Shown here one piece after another: positions 53,780 to 64,000 of a DNA stretch of 64,000 nucleotides. This DNA comes from Octopus vulgaris (taxonomy: Eukaryota), in assembly GCA_951406725.2 (NCBI GenBank), contig OX597814.1, positions 184,574,001-184,638,000 on the forward strand, read 5' to 3'. The notes beneath the pieces were generated by a model. That model saw only the letters and a program-made list of their open reading frames with translations. It did not search any database and had not been told where the DNA came from. How positions within the stretch are numbered: the stretch's first letter is position 1; the number at the start of each line of letters is the position of its first letter. Both the position numbers and the translations under genes were made by a program.

Positions 53780-54422
53780 AGAAACGGACAGAGTCGTTGC
53801 TGTGCCGGACAAAATACGTAGCGGTATTTATTCCGACTTTATGCCCTTATGTCAAATACCGCCGGGGTCGACTTTGCCTGGCATCCTCCGGGGTCGATAA
53901 ATAAGTATCAGTTGAGCAATGGGGTCAATGTAATTGATTAAACCCCTACTTTAAAATTACTGGTCTTGTGCCAAAATTTGAAATTATTATTAGTGTACTG
54001 TTTCAAGGCGTTGAGCTGGTAGAATCGTTAGCACGCCGGGCGAAATGCTTAGCGGTATTTCGTCTGCCGTTGCGTTCTGAGTTCAAATTCCGCCGAGGTC
54101 GACTTTGTCTTTCATCCTTTCGGGGTTGATAAATTAAGTACCAGTTACGCACTGGAATTGATTTAATCCCTTTGTCTGTCCTAGTTTGTCCCCTCTATGT
54201 TTAGCCCCTTGTGGGCAATAAAGAAATAGGAATCGTTACTGTGCCGGATAAAATGCTTCTCGGCATTTTGTTTGGCTTAATGTTCTGAGCTCACATGAAA
54301 CCGAAGCTGACTTTGCTTTTCGTCCTTTCGATAAAATAAGTACCAGTCAAGGTCTGAGATCGATAATATCGACTTCCTCCTTACCTCGAAATTACTGGCT
54401 TTGTGCCAAAATTTGAAACCAA
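53780..54422 (+). mobile_element. SINE-A cluster (old tail-B copies plus a younger tail-A copy nested in a head)
   Basis: Junction aataaagaaata|ggaatcgttac at about 54228. Confidence 0.85.
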
Positions 54423-55327
54423 TTTTAGTACACCATTTTACTTTCAGAAAACAAGCTAAAAATTGCAGCCAATTCTTCTTCAATTTGTACCGAACTAGCT
54501 TAGCATCAAAAAAGAAAAAGAAAAATGGCTGCCTTAAATGATGTAGCCTTCCAAACACCATACTGGAAGAAAAGACGCGGTTCGCACATAGAAAATTTGG
54601 CCTGGAGTTACAATAACAATATCAACATTCACATTATTGATGCAGCTAAAATTCTTTTACAATGATGTATGTAAAACTGATTTACTAGTTGTAACTGTTC
54701 AGCTATTATACACTGTATAAAGTTAAATTACAAATAAAAGAGAAAATAATAATTTACGGAATCTTTATGGCCTCAAATATCCGATTAACTATGGTAGTAA
54801 CATTATTGGGAATATGTCCAACCTATAATAAATAGAATTCGATTATATGTAGATATCTAATCGCGAACATAAATATATATAAACACATTAATATATAGCT
54901 GTCATACTATTTATAGGATGGAAAACACAAGTAAGAGGCAGGCAGCCAATCTTATCAAATAAAATTTTACACAAGAATGAAATACCGATATCGAAGACGA
55001 TTTAAAACAGCTGAGGGAGAGGGCTGGATGAAATGTCCAACATTATCCATTGCCATCATAACAGATATTACTGCATGATATAGGATGTGAGAGAATTGGA
55101 AAGTGCGAGAAAATATGAGAGCGCAAAGAACACTTAAAATATACAAAATCACATGTATGAACGTACCTTAAGGAAGTTTGGATTGCAACCATTTGTTTCT
55201 GTGTTCGATCTGTGAGTGTCATTTGACTTCGGAAAATGGTTACAAGGAAACTGCAAACTTTAATCATATGAATAAATACACAGGAATATTTATCTATCTG
55301 TTTATCCATCCATCCATCTATCTATCT

Positions 55328-55388
55328 AATCCATTTGTCTGTCCTTGTTTGTCCCCTCTATGTTTAGCCCCTTGTGGGTAGTAAAGAA

Positions 55389-55390
<2 letters not shown>
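55328..55390 (+). mobile_element. SINE-A tail-only insertion in a (TATC)n tract
   Basis: aatccatttgtctgtccttgtttgtcccctctatgtttagccccttgtgggtagtaaagaaat. Confidence 0.88.
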
Positions 55391-55470
<80 letters not shown>

Positions 55471-55564
55471 TTATCTACCTACCTACCTATCTATCTACCT
55501 ACCTACCTACCTACCTACCTACCTACCTACCTACCTACATACCTATCTATCTATCTATCTATTA

Positions 55565-55624
<60 letters not shown>

Positions 55625-55645
55625 GTCTATCTATCTCTCTATCTG

Positions 55646-55696
<51 letters not shown>

Positions 55697-55701
55697 GTCT
55701 G

Positions 55702-55754
<53 letters not shown>

Positions 55755-55761
55755 ATATCTA

Positions 55762-55793
<32 letters not shown>

Positions 55794-55805
55794 TCTATTT
55801 TTCTG

Positions 55806-55872
<67 letters not shown>
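55390..55872. repeat. (TATC)n/(TACC)n microsatellite
   Basis: Read directly. Confidence 0.97.
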
Positions 55873-55874
<2 letters not shown>

Positions 55875-56435
55875 TATCCATCTATCAGCCTGTCTGTCTT
55901 TCTAACAATCCATTTGTCCACCTGCCTATCTATCTCTTTGAATGCCTGTATATCAGTCTGTCAGTTTATCGGTCTGTTTGTCGGACTATTTGTCTCTCCA
56001 TCTGTCAGTCTGTCTGTATGTATGCATGTGTGCATGCATAAATGTACATTCTTTTCTGCTTTAATTATTAGTAATCTTCCTGTAAGAAAGTAGCTGGTCT
56101 CTAACAAGGATACAAAACTCAATCCTTTGCGTATAGGTATCAAACACAAATCCAGATCTGACCTGGAGAAAAGTCTTGTATTTGCCCTGTTTCACTTACA
56201 GATTGTATTTGCAATGTGCGAGTTCACCTGTTGATTTCTTTTCTGAAGAAATCAGCTTATCCACATTGTCATTTAGCGCTGTATGTATGTCTGATGCATG
56301 TCCTTTGCATATATGTATATGCATACACGTATTGAATATAATGCATGCACGTATGTAATTATTTGTGTATGTGAATGTATGTATGTTCATGTGTATTTTA
56401 GATATGTAAATATAACTTGATATACATTTTCTTTA

Positions 56436-57016
56436 GGGCGGCGAGGTGGCAGAATCGTTAGCACGCTGGGCGAAATGCGTAGCCGTATTTCGTCTGCCGT
56501 TACGTTCTGAGTTCAAATTCCGCCGAAATCGACTTTGCCTTTCATCCTTTCGGGTTCGATAAATTAAGCACCAGTTACGCACTGGGGTCGATGTAATCGA
56601 CTTAATCCATTTGTCTGTCCTTGTTTGTTCCCTCTGTGTGTAGCCCCTTGTGGGCAGTAAAGAAATAGGTATTTCGCCTGTCATTACGTTCTGAGTTCAA
56701 ATTCCGCTGAGGTCGACTGTGCCTTTCATCCTTTCGGGGTCGATTAAATAAGTACTAGTTACGCACTGGGGTCGATATAATCGACTTAATCCGTTTGTCT
56801 GTCCTTGTTTGTCCGCTCTGTGTTTAGCCCCTTGTGGGTAGTAAAGAAATAGGTATTTCGTTTGCCGTTACGTTCTGAGTTCAAATTCTGCTGGGGTCGA
56901 TTTTGCCTTTCATCCTTTCGGGGTCAATGAAATAAGTACCGGTTACGCACTGGGGTCGATTAAATCGACTATATCCCTCCCCTAAATTTCAGGCCTTGTA
57001 CCTATTGTAGAAAAGA
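56436..57016 (+). mobile_element. SINE-A trimer: head, body/tail A, body/tail A, body/tail B
   Basis: Both internal junctions read aaagaaata|ggtatttcg (about 56667 and 56851). Confidence 0.94.
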
Positions 57017-57444
57017 TATACGTTTTATCTGCCAGATAATTCTGTGTTTTCTTTAAAACCTACTATAGAACTCACAAAGAAATAACAAAGGATGCATTCA
57101 CGATTAGATGAGCACCCACACATACACATAGAACGTGAGAGAGAGAGAGGAGGAGGATGAGAAGAAGATTGATAGATGGATAAAAAGAGAGATAAGTAGA
57201 TAGACAGATAATAGACAGACAGAAGATGAAAATGAGAAAGGAAGAAAGCACTCTTTACATATATGCATAATACATAATGCATAACAGCATACATATTCAT
57301 AGATACAAAATAGAATACATGAAGAATTGCTTGGGTACATTCGCATATATAAATATTTGTACACATACATATAAATATGAATAAATATATGCATATGTAT
57401 ATGTGTGTCTGTGAGAGTGTAAGTATATATGCATGTTTATACGT

Positions 57445-57522
<78 letters not shown>

Positions 57523-58114
57523 GTGAGTGTGTCTGCCTTTTACGTGTAATCATGTATTATTCAGCCACTAACATAACATGCACCGGCTGATACAAACGCT
57601 CTAAACTCCGCAGTTTCCTTTAACATCAATGCAAAAACATAATAACAATAAATTACGAAGATGTATTACATGGCGAGGCCATGTTGTAATATATACAACG
57701 TCTTGTACATCATATACGTACATCCGTCCATACTAGCTTCAGACTTTACTTCAATAGTTACGTGTAAGCATGGATGGTTAGCGCCTGTGTATGTATATAT
57801 GTGTGTGTGGGTGTATAACAATAAATCAGTTATAAATTCTGGAGGGAACTGAATGTAACTCAAGGGATTTCAATAAATCTTTCTTCAAACGAGATATTAT
57901 TTAGAGTCATTAGAAACTAAAGATGATGTTCCAATGTTTAGAGTTTCAACTAATCTCATCGGGGTAATTCGTACGCTGTGAAAACTACTTCCAGACTAAA
58001 CTAAAAGCAGATTGTCTGCATATGCTTTGAGTTTACAACTATTGTTTATTCTTTTTTCATACTGACAAAAATATGAATACATGATATACACACACTCATA
58101 TAAATACACACACA

Positions 58115-58151
<37 letters not shown>

Positions 58152-58198
58152 CATATACTTATATATATAAATACACATATATATATATACACACACAC

Positions 58199-58304
<106 letters not shown>

Positions 58305-58774
58305 GAACATACAAGCACACAAATTCACACATACACACATATGTAAGAATGTATGTATACGTATGCTCATACATGCATACCCGCATATCTGGATGTGTTT
58401 ATTTATGTATGAAATAAACAGGATTACACTCTGGTATTGTGGTTTCTTTAAATGTCTGTTATTGCGGTTTCATTCTTCGGTCGCTCGTAGTTTTTCAGCG
58501 TGCTAGGAAACAAAAGAAATATGGGAATCAGACTCTGCAAGCATCCAAAACAATGTTTTATTGAACAAACATGATTGTGTTTTGGGAGCACAAATTGAAT
58601 GAAAATGCGCATTTATTACACCGTTTATTAATACCTGTTACGTTTTCTGCGGTTTTTCTTTTATTTCTATACTTATATGAAGTGAATCGACGAACTCTGC
58701 ACACTCACATATCCTTCCATATAACAACTGGATTCAAACCACATTGAATATAAGTGTTCAGGGTAGTACTGGTT

Positions 58775-59040
58775 CGTTTGTTCCTTCTCGAGCCCTCCCT
58801 GGCTCATAAGGCCCGGTCTCCCGGTTCTCCACCTGGACTGGACGCCGGACTGTCGCAGGTGAGCTGCAAGAGGAAAGAGTGTGAGAAAGTTGTGGCGAAA
58901 AAGTCAGCAGAAGTTTCGCCATTACCTTCTGCCGGCGCCGCGTGGAGCTTAGATGTTTCGCTCATAAACACACACATCGAACCCGCGATCCCTCGACCGT
59001 GAGTCTCCACAGCTCTAACCACTTGGCCATGTGCATCCAC
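58775..59040 (-). mobile_element. SINE-C (head 1 with V-like tail), 12-bp TSD
   Basis: TSD gtagtactggtt at 58763-58774 and 59041-59052. Confidence 0.9.
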
Positions 59041-59310
59041 GTAGTACTGGTTACTCGACTCAAATCAACTAGGAAGGAATCATGCATTCCAGAACACCGG
59101 TAATTGTATGTAGGTGCATATATAGATTAAATTCTACATTACTTTGAAATATTTTTTGCATTTTCCTTTAATACAGACGTTAGTAATTTATTTATCATTA
59201 AATATAATAATGTAAATTTTTTTACATGTTTATAAGTTACGAAATAATTTGTCGTGATATTTGAATTTTCTCATCGTTAAATAAAATTTCAGTAAACTAT
59301 TACTGTCATT

Positions 59311-59725
59311 TAGGCGCAGGAGTGGCTGTGGGGTAAGTAGCTTGCTTACCAACTACATGGTTCCGGGTTCAGTCCAATTGCGTGGCTCATTGGGCAAGTG
59401 TCTTCTACTATAACCTCGGGCCGACCAAAGCCTTGTGAGTGGATTTTAGTAGACGGAAACTGAAAGAAGACCGTCGTATGTATGTATATATATATATGTG
59501 TATGTGCCTGTGTTAGTGTATCTGTGTTTGTCCCCCTAACATCGCTTGACAATCGACGTTGGTGTGTTTACATCCCCGTAACTTTAACGGCTCGGCACAA
59601 GAGACCGATAAAATAAGTACTAGGCTTACGAAAAATAAGTCCTGGGGTCAATTTGCTCGACTAAAGGTGATGCTCCAGCATGGCCGCAGTCAAATGACTG
59701 AAACAAATAAAAGTGTAAAAGAGTA
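59311..59725 (+). mobile_element. Full-length SINE-B
   Basis: ggcgcaggagtggctgtggggtaagtagcttgc...ggttcagtcc...gctccagcatggccgcagtcaaatgactgaaac...aaaagag. Confidence 0.92.
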
Positions 59726-60361
59726 TTTATGACACACATACATGTGTTGTCTGAGTGTGTGTGGAGGTTGCGGTGTCAAGCCACACTTCGTGGTAATAAG
59801 TATTCCAGTACAACCTGTTTGCATGGTCTAAACAGGTAATCGCCGACTAAACAGGTAATCCTGCGAGGCATGCTTGATGAGGGGTGTGGTTTTTGTTGGA
59901 CAGCCTGCAGGACGAAATACAAAACTTGTGGAAGGGCAGATAATCTGAAGTAGAACCAACAACGATTCAACAGCTGGGAGTGAGAGGCTACCTACTCTTT
60001 GTTTGGATACCTCTCTAGAAGAATAAATTCCAAAATAACATCCGTCTCATTGCGATGCCGGAGATCTAGATCTTGATTGTTTCTAGGGTACTTGACTTCG
60101 TAGGGGTCTTAGATGTGCTCTGCAAGCTGTTGTTGACACAAAATTTCAGCACGGCCATTACTGACAGCTATTGTCTTTGACATCAAGGATAAGATAATTT
60201 GCTAGTGACAGTTATACCCGCTTATGAGTTGACACCCATCGTGTGTGTGTGGGTGGGTGGGTGGTTGGTTGTGCGTGCGTGCTCAGCTATTTATGGTAAA
60301 AAGCATTAAAGTTTGCTATAAGTAATCAGGGAAGTTCTTTTCATATCATAACGAACTCTTT

Positions 60362-60875
60362 AAGGTGGCGAGCTGACAGAATCGTTACCACATCAGGAGA
60401 AATGCTTAGCGGCAGTTCGTCCGTCCTTACGTTCTGAGTTCAAATCCACCGAGGTTGGCTTTGCCTTTCACCCTTTCGAGATCGATAAAATAAGTACCTG
60501 TTTCTTTACTACCCACAAGGGGCTAAACATAGAGGGGACAAACAAAGACAGACACACGGATTAAGTCGATTACATCGACCCCAGTGCGTAACTAGTACTT
60601 ATTTAATCGACCCCGAAAGGATGAAAGGCAAAGTCGACCTTGGCGGAATTTGAACTCACAACGTAACGGCAGACGAAATACGGCTACGCATTTCGCCCGG
60701 CGCGCTAACGTTTCTGCCAGTTGAATACTGGGGTTGATGTAACTCAGTTTACATTTCATCGCAGTCGATTTTTACTTTTTAACATTCAGAAAATAAGTAC
60801 CAGTTGAATACTGGGGTGTAATCGACTTCTCCACCCACCCTCAAAGTTACTGGTCTTGCACCAACATTAGAAATA
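60362..60875. mobile_element. Old plus-strand SINE-A (tail B) with a younger minus-strand SINE-A nested at 60499-60720
   Basis: Host sequence aagtacc|agttgaatactgggg is split by the inverted copy. Confidence 0.87.
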
Positions 60876-60925
60876 ATTTATAGTGTCGTTATTATTTTTC
60901 TCCCCCGCCGTCTCTCTCCCTCTCA

Positions 60926-60958
<33 letters not shown>

Positions 60959-61412
60959 CTTCACATATGAAGGATGTATATAGAAAAACTACAACTTGTT
61001 GCGTAAGAAACATTAACTGAACTGAACTGAAACACCAGTGCTTAACTTACAGCATCAATTCTCTTATGGAGGTCTCACTGAGAATAAACTGTATCTCGAC
61101 ACTAATCGATAGGTGAAGTTCTTAATTATGCTAGACTAAAATTATGAACTTATGAATAAAACTGACTTATATGCCAATGGCAAATTAGTTTCTGAGTATA
61201 ATTTAACTAACATGCTTTTATGTTAATTCGCATATAATTTCTTCTTTGAACATTAATATATATGATGTGTCAAGATGAAAATTTGATCAACTTTCAATTG
61301 ATTACTTTTAGGAATTATATAAGAAATTCTTGACGCTAAAATCAATCATATTTTCTCATCTACACTTTAGGGATTCGTATTTCAGTTAACATATAAGACA
61401 TGTATCTAATTA

Positions 61413-63504
<2,092 letters not shown>

Positions 63505-63556
63505 TTATGAATAAGTGTATATATTTACGCATATATATATATATATATATATACAT

Positions 63557-63768
63557 AAGATATAGAAATAATTAATTCTCAAACGCAGAATAGTGCTAAC
63601 AGAATAGCAAGAACCGGAAAAAATATTCAAAATATTTTCTGTAATAATATGGATATTTTGTCATCTTCCTGGTATTGTTTTAGCATTATTCTGCGTTTGA
63701 GAATTAAATATTTCTGTATTTTTCAATAGACCTCTATGCTTCTAAAGTACACTTTGTTTACTTTCATC
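63557..63768. repeat. Imperfect fold-back insert (arms of about 80 bp) with a one-sided extension, in (TA)n
   Basis: Perfect core ttaattctcaaacgcagaata (63572-63592) / tattctgcgtttgagaattaa (63687-63707). Confidence 0.85.
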
Positions 63769-63800
<32 letters not shown>

Positions 63801-63805
<5 letters not shown>

Positions 63806-63939
63806 GTGGCTAGGCGCAAGAGTGGGTGTGTGGTAAGAACCTTGCTTGCCAACCTTGGGCAACTGTTTTCTACGATAGCCTTGGACAGACCAAAGCATTG
63901 TGAGTTGATTTGTTAGACGGAAACTGAAAGAAGCCCGTC

Positions 63940-63945
<6 letters not shown>
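63801..63945 (+). mobile_element. SINE-B 5' part with internal deletion
   Basis: ggcgcaagagtgggtgtgtggtaag...accttgggcaactg...gacggaaactgaaagaagcccgtcg. Confidence 0.85.
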
Positions 63946-63976
<31 letters not shown>

Positions 63977-64000
63977 CACGTATATATATATATACAAATA

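Noticed and set aside
59760-60000. Possible LINE 5' UTR fragment with a ctaaacaggtaatc duplication
   Set aside because: Only a vague resemblance, with no adjoining ORF or TSD.

Overview
AT-rich eukaryotic non-coding DNA saturated with microsatellites and transposable-element relics. The SINE repertoire and repeat landscape suggest an octopus/cephalopod genome; this is inference, not a database match. I found no convincing host protein-coding exon: the ORF track is almost entirely microsatellite read-through or decayed TE sequence. Supported features: two Tc1/mariner elements (one near full length, one internally deleted), a Chapaev3-like DNA transposon with TTA TSDs, an RTE-clade LINE with an inverted 5' half inside a 10-bp TSD, R4/Dong-like fragments in triplet repeats, a probable non-autonomous Helitron, a tRNA-Phe-derived gene or pseudogene with a GAT anticodon, and dozens of tRNA-derived SINEs (working names SINE-A, B and C are mine). 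The most interesting signals are mechanistic: (1) twin-priming geometry in a non-L1 LINE; (2) a SINE whose apparent RRTAY target motif lies inside itself, producing nested multimers, plus a candidate partner-LINE 3' end inserted about 70 bp upstream of the tRNA; (3) combinatorial head/tail exchange among SINEs; (4) a SINE composite carrying about 385 bp of extra DNA inside one TSD; (5) fold-back hairpin inserts in (TA)n tracts.
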